IMG/VR virus record: IMGVR_UViG_3300017722_005389
DNA from: a virus
Taxonomy: Duplodnaviria; Caudoviricetes
Length of the DNA stretch: 64,000 nucleotides
Reading direction: 5' to 3' (one strand)
Position numbers and translations under genes: made by a program. Of this stretch, positions 37,394-46,316 are shown piece by piece. The notes beneath the pieces are model-generated. The model was given only the letters and a program-made list of their open reading frames with translations. It was not told the DNA's origin and searched no databases. Within the stretch, counting starts at the first letter, position 1. Each line of letters starts with the position of its first letter.

Positions 37394-37492
37394 AATTATC
37401 AATTTTTAATAGTGTCCAACAAAGGTAGTGATTAGTTCTGAATAATCATAATTATTTCAAAAGAAAATTCAAATTATTTTCTAAAGAAAAAA

Positions 37493-37744
37493 TCAGTTCA
37501 AGCTTGACATATACGATAGCTTATCCTGGCTGTGTCCAAGTCTGAAATAGACATCAGCTAAGAACAAAAACTTTTGTCTAAGTGCAGACTCACTATGTTC
37601 AAAAATTTCAGTCTCAAGTTCAATTGTCTCTGCAATTTCAGCTATCAGTTTCAAAGTTTCTGAAGCTATCTTTAGATCAGAAATTGTCGGCTTGTCCAAT
37701 AGCCTATTAAATAGATCGAAATTCATTTGAATTATTTTTCTCAT
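37493..37744 (-). CDS. Hypothetical protein
   Basis: Start moved to MRKIIQ. Confidence 0.6.
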   Translation of the reverse strand: MRKIIQMNFDLFNRLLDKPTISDLKIASETLKLIAEIAETIELETEIFEHSESALRQKFLFLADVYFRLGHSQDKLSYMSSLN

Positions 37745-37787
37745 ATGTATTTTTATTTGTGGGGGGCTTTCGCCCCCCGATGAATAA

Positions 37788-38771
37788 TTATTCTGCTTCT
37801 GCTTCGGTTGGTTCAACTGCTGTTGCCAATGAACGTCCAAGTATCAGTTCAACTGCTTTTTTTGCCTCGTTGACTGCCTTGAATATCCACTTAGGCTCAC
37901 TTTCAAGTTTCGATATCCAACCGTTCAGATATGCTTGAGAGTTTTGAACGTTCATTTGGATGCCTGACAACTCGCAAAGCATTCCTGCGCCTATTTCGGC
38001 TATCAGTTCTTCATAGCTGTACTGATGACTACCAAAGCGGTCAAATTGCGCTACACCTTGTCGGTTCAATTTGTCCATGTTACCAGTGCTATGCACCAAT
38101 TCATGGAATAGGGTTTGATAGTAAGCATCGGAACTTACAAATTGTCCAATACTCGGCATATACAATATGTTAAATTGTGGGCTGTATGCAGCACTATTCG
38201 ATTCAATGATTTTGGGGCAATTTGCATAGCCTTTCAAGATGCTTTCGCCATTGTCCAAAATTGGGTTGTTTTTCGCTTCGGGAATGTACTTAGACATATC
38301 CCAATTTAAATGGTCTATTGAAAATACCACAAACCCTTTTACAGTTGGAAAACTGTATGTCTTTTTTTCGCCATTGCTGTCCAAGATAGGATTGCCATTG
38401 GCATCTTTGCATTCCTTTGTTATCGGTGTTACTCGAATAAGGTGCAGACCTTTCGCACCCTTTTTAATTGGGAAAGGTACAGCAGCACCTTTGCTATCGA
38501 CATAACCGTTACCTTGCTTTTTGTAGCCAAGCTTTTTTGCAGCACCTGCAACTGTAGCATAGTGCGCTTGAACGCCATACATAGATGCATGGAGATTCGC
38601 CCAAAATGCATTTGAACCTGTGTATACGCTGTCATAAGCTACATTGCCTACAATAGATGTTATCCAAGGCTTTTGCCATCCGACAATCCCTTGTTTCAAA
38701 CCGTTAATGAATAGTTCTGTAATCTTAGCTTCAACAGAAGCTTCGACATTAGCATTTTTAGTGTACGCCAT
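37788..38771 (-). CDS. ardC: ArdC-like antirestriction protein (ssDNA-binding domain plus zincin domain)
   Basis: WQKPW, YTGSNA, YYQTLFHELVHSTG, YSYEELIAEIGA, YLNGW. Confidence 0.9.
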   Translation of the reverse strand: MAYTKNANVEASVEAKITELFINGLKQGIVGWQKPWITSIVGNVAYDSVYTGSNAFWANLHASMYGVQAHYATVAGAAKKLGYKKQGNGYVDSKGAAVPFPIKKGAKGLHLIRVTPITKECKDANGNPILDSNGEKKTYSFPTVKGFVVFSIDHLNWDMSKYIPEAKNNPILDNGESILKGYANCPKIIESNSAAYSPQFNILYMPSIGQFVSSDAYYQTLFHELVHSTGNMDKLNRQGVAQFDRFGSHQYSYEELIAEIGAGMLCELSGIQMNVQNSQAYLNGWISKLESEPKWIFKAVNEAKKAVELILGRSLATAVEPTEAEAE

Positions 38772-38854
38772 AATAGTGAGTTTAAAAGTGAAATAATAAG
38801 TACAAAAATATGCAAAAGTTTTGAAACGGCAAAATTTTAAATGTTAAATTTTTA

Positions 38855-39215
38855 AAATATTTTTTGTAGCCGTAACTACCTTTGCAAATATCTTGAGACA
38901 AAGATATAACAAGTTTTTTAATTATTCAAATTTATTTTTACCTCAAAAGAACTTTTTTAAATTCCAAATTTTTTAACAATTTTAACTAAAAAAAATTCTG
39001 GCATTGTAATATACAACATATACGACAAATTGTATAATATACGACGTATACGACAAATTGTAATATACGAGATATACGACAGATTATATAATATACGAAG
39101 ATTTCAATCTGAGGTAGGTTTGGATTAATCCTACCTTCGAATTTACTCTCAGAGATATGCTCTATCAATTAGCTATACAAAGGTATGCATAATAGTTGAC
39201 ATTTCAAAATTATTT
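38855..39215. repeat. ~300-bp regulatory module copy 2 (upstream of ardC) with expanded ATATACG array
   Basis: Matches 33845-34165; about 7 TATACG-type motifs at 39005-39100. Confidence 0.85.
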
Positions 39216-39517
39216 CAAAAGAAAATTTAAAATATTTTCAAAATAAAATGATCAAAAAATTTGGATATATCAAATTTCCGCCTGTGCCATTTTCTCTCAA
39301 AAGATGACTCTATATATCAAAAGAAAATAAAGTTTCTTCTGAGGGCAAATCTGAGCGTTCTGAGGGGTAAATCTGAGGCTATCTTAGGGTAAATCTGAGG
39401 CTATCTGAATCTAAACTGATAGCCAGATTTTGATATACGACATATACGACATATACGAAAAATTGATAGCCAGATTTTGATATACGACAAACTGATATAA
39501 GCATAAAAAAAAGTCCC

Positions 39518-39760
39518 TTATAGGGACTCAAATTCAGAAGGGGTTATACTATAAGCTTCAGGTGAATACCATCCTGCTGTAACGTAATTCCAATTGTAAT
39601 TTTTAGTTTTTGCGTCAGTATGAATATGTATGCTACCATATTTATTTATTCCGTTAAATATGGCATTAGTGCATTTTACATCTGAGCAATAATAATTACC
39701 CTCTTTTTTAATGCTTTCTACATTAACTCTTTGCCCGATTTTAAAATTTGTGTGTTCCAT
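39518..39760 (-). CDS. Hypothetical protein (repeat-array cassette 1)
   Basis: 80-aa ORF. Confidence 0.75.
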   Translation of the reverse strand: MEHTNFKIGQRVNVESIKKEGNYYCSDVKCTNAIFNGINKYGSIHIHTDAKTKNYNWNYVTAGWYSPEAYSITPSEFESL

Positions 39761-40104
39761 AAGAAGTAAATTTAATAGTGATAAATAATTGACCTTACAA
39801 AAGTATACTTTATCTTGATATTATTATAACTTTTTTTACTTTATTTTCAAAAATAAAAAATTTAACTAAATTTATTTGGAAATATCAAATCTCCATTCTG
39901 GGGCATTATTTTTCAAAAGTCAACATAGTGTCCAACTGATGACATAAAATGGCTCAAAACCCGGTTTTTGTGGCTTCTGAAGGCATCTGAACGTTCTGAA
40001 TGCATCTGATAACCCCGATGAATGATATACTAAAAAATTACCTATAGGCAATAAAAAAACCCCGAAAGGGGTTTTTGTTCATTGTGTAAAGTTTTTTATA
40101 AATT

Positions 40105-40344
40105 TTATAGTTCAATTAAAATTGTTTTTCCAACTTCAAACAAATGCTCAAAGCCTTTTTTGTCCATGTCGGTATAAACACCGCAATGAAATGTACTGCC
40201 TAATCCGTTACGGCAAATCATAGTGCCGTAGATTATTTTAGAATCTGCACTTACTTCGATGTGAGTTTCTTGTAAGTTTTTAGATTCTTCTGTATCCCAA
40301 TACTGAGCTAATAAAGCTAATTTTAAATCATTGATAGTTTTCAT
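40105..40344 (-). CDS. Hypothetical protein (cassette 2)
   Basis: 79-aa ORF. Confidence 0.75.
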   Translation of the reverse strand: MKTINDLKLALLAQYWDTEESKNLQETHIEVSADSKIIYGTMICRNGLGSTFHCGVYTDMDKKGFEHLFEVGKTILIEL

Positions 40345-40675
40345 TGAATAGTAGTGTTTAAAGTGAATTAAATAATTTACCTTACAAAGGTATACTTTGT
40401 TTTTATATTATTATAATTTTTTTTGCTTTATTTTCAAAAATAAAAAATTTAACTAAATTTATTTTGAAATATCAAATTTCGATTCTGGGGCATTGTTTTT
40501 CCTTAGAAGGTATAAGATGTCCAAATGTCAATAAAATGCTCTCTGAGGGCAAATCTGAGTGTTCTGAATGCATCTGAACGTTCTAATGACATCTGATAAC
40601 CCCAATAAATGATATACTAAAAAATTACCTATAGGCAATAAAAAAACCCCTTTCGGGGTTTCTGTTTTGATAAAT

Positions 40676-41002
40676 TTAATCGTTTTTGAAGATTTTAGAA
40701 AATAATTGGTCAATACCAAATCCTAATACTTGATGTTTTGTACCATTCATTTCAAAATGACATTCAATCTCGATGCCATATATTGTTTTACCTGTACCCA
40801 CACAAACTAATGTATCGCCAAAATCTGCTTTATTTGGAAGATACAATTCATAGCTTTGACTACCATAATAGCCATCGTGATAGGTGTACCCACCCCCACC
40901 AGTTGATAGGGCTAATACTTGCTGGCTGTTACGAATTTTAATTTTTGTTCCATAGTAATTGATATAATAATCAACAGATTTTAAAGATTTTTGCGTTGTC
41001 AT
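40676..41002 (-). CDS. Hypothetical protein (cassette 3)
   Basis: 108-aa ORF. Confidence 0.8.
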   Translation of the reverse strand: MTTQKSLKSVDYYINYYGTKIKIRNSQQVLALSTGGGGYTYHDGYYGSQSYELYLPNKADFGDTLVCVGTGKTIYGIEIECHFEMNGTKHQVLGFGIDQLFSKIFKND

Positions 41003-41319
41003 AATAGTAGTGTTTAAAGTGAATTAAATTATTGACCTTACAAAGGTATACTTTGTTTTTATATTATTATAACTTTTTTTACTTTATTTTCAAAAATAAA
41101 AATTTTAACTAAATTTATTTGGAAATATCAAATTTCGATTCTGGGGCATTATTTTTCTTCAGAAGGTATAAGATGTCCAAATGCCAATAAAATGCTTTCT
41201 GAGGGCAAATCTGAACGTTCTGAAGGCATCTGAACGTTCTGAAGGTATCTGATAACCCCGATGAATGATATACGACAATTTGATATAGGGACAAAAAAAA
41301 TCCCCTTTCGGGGACTTTT

Positions 41320-41619
41320 TTAAAAAAAAGAAATTTCAATTTCTTTTTTTTGTGTTATTAACTCATATCGGCTCTCGCCAACATATTTGCGAGAAACGAT
41401 ATGTTTATTTTTTTGTATGTAAAATGTTCCCTTTATAATTAATACATCGCCCTTTGGCGATGCTTTCCAATGGATAATGTCAGTTACAGTTACTGACACC
41501 ATTGTTATTTGCCTATTATAAGTTATAGGTACAATAATTCTGTCACCTATGGTGTTTGGGCAATAATCGTACGTTAAGTTAGTTAGGCAGTTGTTTCTAA
41601 CAATTGTTACCTTTTTCAT
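41320..41619 (-). CDS. Hypothetical protein (cassette 4)
   Basis: 99-aa ORF. Confidence 0.75.
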   Translation of the reverse strand: MKKVTIVRNNCLTNLTYDYCPNTIGDRIIVPITYNRQITMVSVTVTDIIHWKASPKGDVLIIKGTFYIQKNKHIVSRKYVGESRYELITQKKEIEISFF

Positions 41620-41956
41620 AATAGTAGTGTTTAAAGTGAATTAAATTAATGACCTTACAAAGGTATACTTTATCTTGATATTATTATAATTTTTTTTGCT
41701 TTATTTTCAAAAATAAAAAATTTAACTAAATTTATTTGGAAATATCAAATCTCCATTCTGGGGCATTATTTTTCTTTAGAAGGTATATGACATCCAAAAG
41801 ATAATAAAATGCACTCAGAGGGCAAATCTGAGTGTTCTGAATGCATCTGAGTGTTCTGAATGCATCTGAGTGTTCTGAATGCATCGGATAACCCCAATAA
41901 ATGATATACTAAAAAATTACCTATAGGCAATAAAAAAACCCCTTTCGGGGTTTCTG

Positions 41957-42286
41957 TTATATTGCCCAAACACCACCGCAACCACAATTAGATTCTTCGG
42001 GTTCTTTGCGATTCCCACAATCGCAGTATATCAAATCTTCGTAGGCTTTTTCAGCCTCGAATAATGCACTTTCGGTGGCATAGCCTTTGCGAGAATAACC
42101 ATCCCAACCTTTGAGTTTAGAACTCAATTGCGAGAGGTTTTTTTCCGCTTGTTGCAACTTTGTAAGTTGCGTTGGTTGTGTTGGCATTTTGAACCAATCC
42201 TGCTTTAGCAACCAATCCTGATACCATTTAGGGGTATTAGAAAAATTTTCGCCTTTGTACTTTCCGAATTTAAGAATGAAGTTCAT
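41957..42286 (-). CDS. DUF3820-like N-terminus plus Cys-rich tail (cassette 5)
   Basis: LKFGKYKG....TPKWY.DWL; CDCG..CGCG. Confidence 0.7.
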   Translation of the reverse strand: MNFILKFGKYKGENFSNTPKWYQDWLLKQDWFKMPTQPTQLTKLQQAEKNLSQLSSKLKGWDGYSRKGYATESALFEAEKAYEDLIYCDCGNRKEPEESNCGCGGVWAI

Positions 42287-42628
42287 AATAGTAGTGTTTA
42301 AAGTGAATTAAATTAATGACCTTACAAAGATATACTTTGTTTTTATATTATTATAATTTTTTCTACTTTATTTTCAAAAATAAAAAATTTAACTAAATTT
42401 ATTTGGAAATATCAAATTTCGATTCTGGAGCATTGTTTTTCCTTAGAAGGTATAAGATGTCCAAATGCCAATAAAATGCTTTCTGAGGGCAAATCTGAGC
42501 GTTCTGTAGGCATCTGAGTGTAAATCTGTCCGACATTCAATTGCCCGATAGATAATATGCTACATTGCTTTATGGTATACTAAAAAATGTCCAATGGGCA
42601 AAAAAAAAGCCCCTTTCGGGGCTGTTGG

Positions 42629-43282
42629 TTATTCGTTTACTACAATGGTTTCACCCATTGCTTTCAGCGTATGTATCGCTGAAACTTTGAATTGGCGGAA
42701 TTTACCGCTTTTCATTTTAGACCTTAATATGTCTTTCGCTTTAGTTAATGCATACCTTGTGTCGGTTTTTTCAGTTTCGCTTTCGGTGACTACAACTTTG
42801 TCCCGAACTTGAAACCCGAACACAAAATATTCGTTTGTTGTCGGGTTGAACTTGAACCCATTGTCCAAGATTTCATAGGCAGATTTTTGCCCTTTGCTTC
42901 TGTTGTAGGCTGTTTGAACATCTTTAGCAGTGCAGTTTATGTCAGCTTTAGTGCCAATTCCCGAAAGGAATTGAACAACCAATCCTGCAATATGCGTGAA
43001 ATCTGCATCCGCTTTAAAATGGCGCAAATAATCAGCAATTTTGAATGCTTTTAATAGCTCAACACGAGCCGTTTCAAGCAGCATATCTTTGTCGCTGAAA
43101 TTTAGCGACATAAGATAATTGAAATCGTCAGATTTAGCCTTTTCAAGGCTGTAACCGACATTTATCAGTTGGTTTTGAACTTCGCCAAGTTCATTTGTGT
43201 AGCCATTGATAGCTACAAAACTTGTACCTTTAATTTGGCTTAGTGTAGCCTTAACAGTTTCAAAAGACATTACATTTGTCAT
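42629..43282 (-). CDS. Hypothetical protein (cassette 6), paralog of 26864..27367
   Basis: Shared motifs with 26864. Confidence 0.85.
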   Translation of the reverse strand: MTNVMSFETVKATLSQIKGTSFVAINGYTNELGEVQNQLINVGYSLEKAKSDDFNYLMSLNFSDKDMLLETARVELLKAFKIADYLRHFKADADFTHIAGLVVQFLSGIGTKADINCTAKDVQTAYNRSKGQKSAYEILDNGFKFNPTTNEYFVFGFQVRDKVVVTESETEKTDTRYALTKAKDILRSKMKSGKFRQFKVSAIHTLKAMGETIVVNE

Positions 43283-43545
43283 AATAGTAGTGTTTAAAGT
43301 GAATTAAATAATTGACCTTACAAAGGTCTTATTTTATTTTATATTATTATAATTTTTTCTACTTTATTTTCAAAAATAAAAAATTTAACATAAAAAATTT
43401 GGAAATATCAAATTTCGATTCTGAAGCGTTATTTTTCAAAAGTCAACATAGTGTCCAACTAATGACATAAAATGGCTCAAAACCCGGTTTTTGTGGCTTC
43501 TGAAGGCATATAAGGTTCTTTAGAAAATCAATATTTTTTCTTTAG

Positions 43546-43825
43546 AAGGTGTCCGATATACTAAAGTTTTATTATATACGAATGTGTCCAATGTACGTTG
43601 TATACGTTATATACGAATGTGTCCAATGTACGCTGTATACGTTATATGCGAATGTGTCCAATGTACGCTGTATACGTTATATACGAAGGTGTCCGATATA
43701 CTAAAGTTTTATTATATACGAATGTGTCCAATGTACGTTGTATACGTTATATACGAATGTGTCCAATGTACGCTGTATACGTTATATACGAATGTGTCCA
43801 ATGTACGTTGTATACGTTATATACA
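43546..43825. repeat. Eight 35-bp tandem units in a BAAA-BAAA higher-order arrangement
   Basis: A = aatgtgtccaatgtacg(t/c)tgtatacgttatatacg; B = aaggtgtccgatatactaaagttttattatatacg. Confidence 0.95.
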
Positions 43826-44225
43826 CAGCTACCTACTATATACGACATATACGCAAGTATGTACAATATACGTTATATACGAAAATTTGCCCATACCATA
43901 TACAAGATATACAACAACACCTACCATATACGTCATATACGCAGTACCTACTATATACGTTATATACGTAAGTACCTACTATATACGTCATATACGCAGT
44001 ACCTACCATATACGTTATATACGACAGTACCTACTATATACGTTATATACGAAGCCCCTACCATATACGTTATATACGCAGTACCTACCATATATAACAT
44101 ATACGAAAGTATAGCCCTACCATATACGAAAATATACCCCTACCATATACGAAAATACCCCTCCCCTCCATATACGACATCTCCCCCTACCCATATACGA
44201 AACCCCCCTCCTGACCTGTATACGA
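43826..44225. repeat. Degenerate ~27-29 bp array of cctac(c/t)atatacgttatatacg grading into C-run repeats
   Basis: Direct reading; paired ATATACG 9 nt apart. Confidence 0.9.
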
Positions 44226-44284
44226 AATCTGGTCATGGATCAGCCGACCTGCTAAAAAAATTTTTTTCAAAATTTTCAAATTCC

Positions 44285-44440
44285 CCAAAGAAAGCAATCT
44301 TATCTTCCAAAGAAAGCAATCTTATCTTCCAAAGAAAGCAATCCTATCTTCCAAAGAAATTAAAATGTTTCCAAAGAAAGCAAAATGTTTCCAAAGAAAG
44401 TAAAATGTTTCCAAAGAAAGTAAAATGTTTCCAAAGAAAT
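44285..44440. repeat. ccaaagaaa 22-bp (x3) and 20-bp (x4-5) tandem repeats
   Basis: Direct reading. Confidence 0.9.
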
Positions 44441-44490
44441 TAATCATATTGTCGCAAAAATGTACAATATTTGCGACAGATAAAAACCTG

Positions 44491-44572
44491 AAATATCGTT
44501 GGAATGGGCGATAAATGAAAATATCGTTGCGATGGGTGATATATGAAAATATCGTTGCGATGGGTGATATAT
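44491..44572. repeat. Three ~28-bp tandem repeats gaaaatatcgttgcgatgggtgatatat
   Basis: Direct reading; first copy degenerate. Confidence 0.85.
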
Positions 44573-44652
44573 GTTTATTTCAAAAATGGGTCAGTGTCAA
44601 AAATTTTTTTTTGGTGAAATTTTGGTTTTTGGGGTATATTTATGATAAAATA

Positions 44653-45537
44653 ATGGATAATAGAAAATTATTAGATGAATCGAGAATAAATCAGAGGATG
44701 TTTCATTTGATGGAAAGTGGTTTCTTTGGAAAAAAACTTCTTAAGGAGGATGAGAGTCCTTATGATGATAATGATTTAGATAGCATGTCAAACTTAATAT
44801 TAAGTTGGGATAAGGTTAACATTGATATTGTTTTCACTATGCTTGAGGCTTATCCATTAGTTTTAGAAGAGTTTTTTAAACGTAGTGAATTTGAGGAACT
44901 AGAGCCATTTTTAAGGGAAAATCATTTAAGTTTTACTAAAGAAGATTTATATGAGTTTTCGGATGTCTATCATGTAAATATGTTTAACAATAAAGAAATC
45001 ACTGAGATACCTAAAAGTCTATTAAATTTACCAGAATTAGGTATAATAACTATTGCAAAATGTGGGCTAAAGAGTATACCTGTTGAGATTGGTAAATGTA
45101 AAATAAGAGAATTAGATTTGCGTGGAAATGATATTACTGATATACCTGATTCTCTTACAGATATAACTACATTAGACTATTTGGATTTGAGTCATAATAA
45201 AATTAGTTATTTGCCAGAATCGATTGGTAATTTGGTAGGATTGTTATATTTGGATGTGAGTAATAATAATCTTCACGATTTGCCTGACAGCATTGTTAAA
45301 TTAGATAAATTAGAACATTTTGATGTAGAAAATAATTACAGAATAAATTTGCCACGTGAGTATTGGGCGATATTCAATCAGACTATGGAGGATATATTTA
45401 GCGATGGGATGAGTTATCAAGAGTTGTTTCATAAGTTTAAGAATAGTGCTATTATGAGGTTTGATTCATTGAGGGATGGTGACAAGCGTAAGATATTGGA
45501 GGCGTTGTATGAGTATTGGAATTTGTATAAAAAATAA
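44653..45537 (+). CDS. Leader-bearing leucine-rich-repeat protein
   Basis: Start moved to MDNRK; HLMESGFFGK leader; LxxLxLxxNxL repeats (LDLRGNDITDIP, LDLSHNKISYLP, LDVSNNNLHDLP). Confidence 0.85.
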   Translation: MDNRKLLDESRINQRMFHLMESGFFGKKLLKEDESPYDDNDLDSMSNLILSWDKVNIDIVFTMLEAYPLVLEEFFKRSEFEELEPFLRENHLSFTKEDLYEFSDVYHVNMFNNKEITEIPKSLLNLPELGIITIAKCGLKSIPVEIGKCKIRELDLRGNDITDIPDSLTDITTLDYLDLSHNKISYLPESIGNLVGLLYLDVSNNNLHDLPDSIVKLDKLEHFDVENNYRINLPREYWAIFNQTMEDIFSDGMSYQELFHKFKNSAIMRFDSLRDGDKRKILEALYEYWNLYKK

Positions 45538-45549
45538 GTAAAATAATAT

Positions 45550-46308
45550 ATGAGAATAATTATTACGGAAGAGCAATATGGTTTTATAACTTCATATAAA
45601 AATATTACTGAAAATACTTTATTAAAAAATGTTGTTAGGAGATATGAATCTTTAATAAAGAAAAAGGGTGTTGGTATTTTAGGTAAATTGGAGGAATCTG
45701 ATTTAGAAAATCCAAATAAATATGAAGACGAAATAAATACAATTATTGAATTATATTATGATTTAGAAGATGCTTATAACTATGATGATGATTTTGATTA
45801 TAAACAAGGTCAATCTGAGTTATTTTCTAAATTAAAAGATAACATTGTATATAAGATGTGGTTTAATTATAAAAATGCTATGGAGCGTAACAGACCTGAT
45901 TCTGCGTTATCGTTAGATAGGTTTGCGAATTATTTAAATTCAGGTACGTTATTATTATTTGAAAATAATGAAAGTTACATTATTGGTAAATATTCAAATG
46001 GATTTTTTAAACCATCACATTTTGCACCTAAGAGTATAAGAGAGGGTATTGAGATAATAAAGGAATTAATTAAGTATGACAATATAGTTTTTACTGTAAC
46101 AGATGATTTAAAAGATATGTTAGATAAATTGGGGGCATATTCAAATGATAATCTTGTTATTTCGATGATATTTAGGGATATGCTTGTTAAAAAGCATGTG
46201 GTTCTAACGAATCCTTATATAATGGCACAGGTATTAAATGGATTGATGAATAATGAGTATAAAGACATATCAGATTTTGAAAATATAACTTATGAAGATT
46301 TAAAATAA
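45550..46308 (+). CDS. Leader-bearing hypothetical protein
   Basis: MRIIITEEQY leader. Confidence 0.8.
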   Translation: MRIIITEEQYGFITSYKNITENTLLKNVVRRYESLIKKKGVGILGKLEESDLENPNKYEDEINTIIELYYDLEDAYNYDDDFDYKQGQSELFSKLKDNIVYKMWFNYKNAMERNRPDSALSLDRFANYLNSGTLLLFENNESYIIGKYSNGFFKPSHFAPKSIREGIEIIKELIKYDNIVFTVTDDLKDMLDKLGAYSNDNLVISMIFRDMLVKKHVVLTNPYIMAQVLNGLMNNEYKDISDFENITYEDLK

Positions 46309-46316
46309 ATTAATAT

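Larger units (their letters stand above)
20140..37480 (-). repeat. Dispersed ~80-130 bp promoter/terminator cassette-boundary repeat, with shared leader; at least 12 copies carry the full hairpin
   Basis: caaaagaaa..loop..tttcttttg inverted repeats at 20174, 21312, 21991, 23156, 23705, 24284, 29576, 30598, 31251, 32350, 35492, 36128; tttaatagtgaa leader beside most starts. Confidence 0.9.
39761..43545 (-). repeat. Six ~260-340 bp direct repeats alternating with single genes
   Basis: Units 39761-40078, 40345-40665, 41003-41319, 41620-41956, 42287-42625, 43283-43545: leader, TACCTTTG-type -7 box, phased TCTGA array, and (first five) cccc-gaaa-gggg terminator. Confidence 0.95.

Noticed and set aside
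20140-37480. Classical integron attC sites
   Set aside because: No RYYYAAC...GTTRRRY order (GTT precedes AAC), no integrase in the window, and mismatches favour an RNA hairpin on the transcribed strand
43546-44225. CRISPR array
   Set aside because: Units are contiguous tandem repeats without unique spacers; no cas genes in the window
43584-44443. Long ORFs 43584..44114, 43598..44443 and 43738..43971
   Set aside because: Open frames are a by-product of stop-poor tandem repeats; low-complexity YIR/YTLY products in several frames
44515-44652. N-terminal extension of the LRR gene given in the ORF track
   Set aside because: Derived from the 28-bp repeats; the TATTTAT motif and leader support the start at 44653
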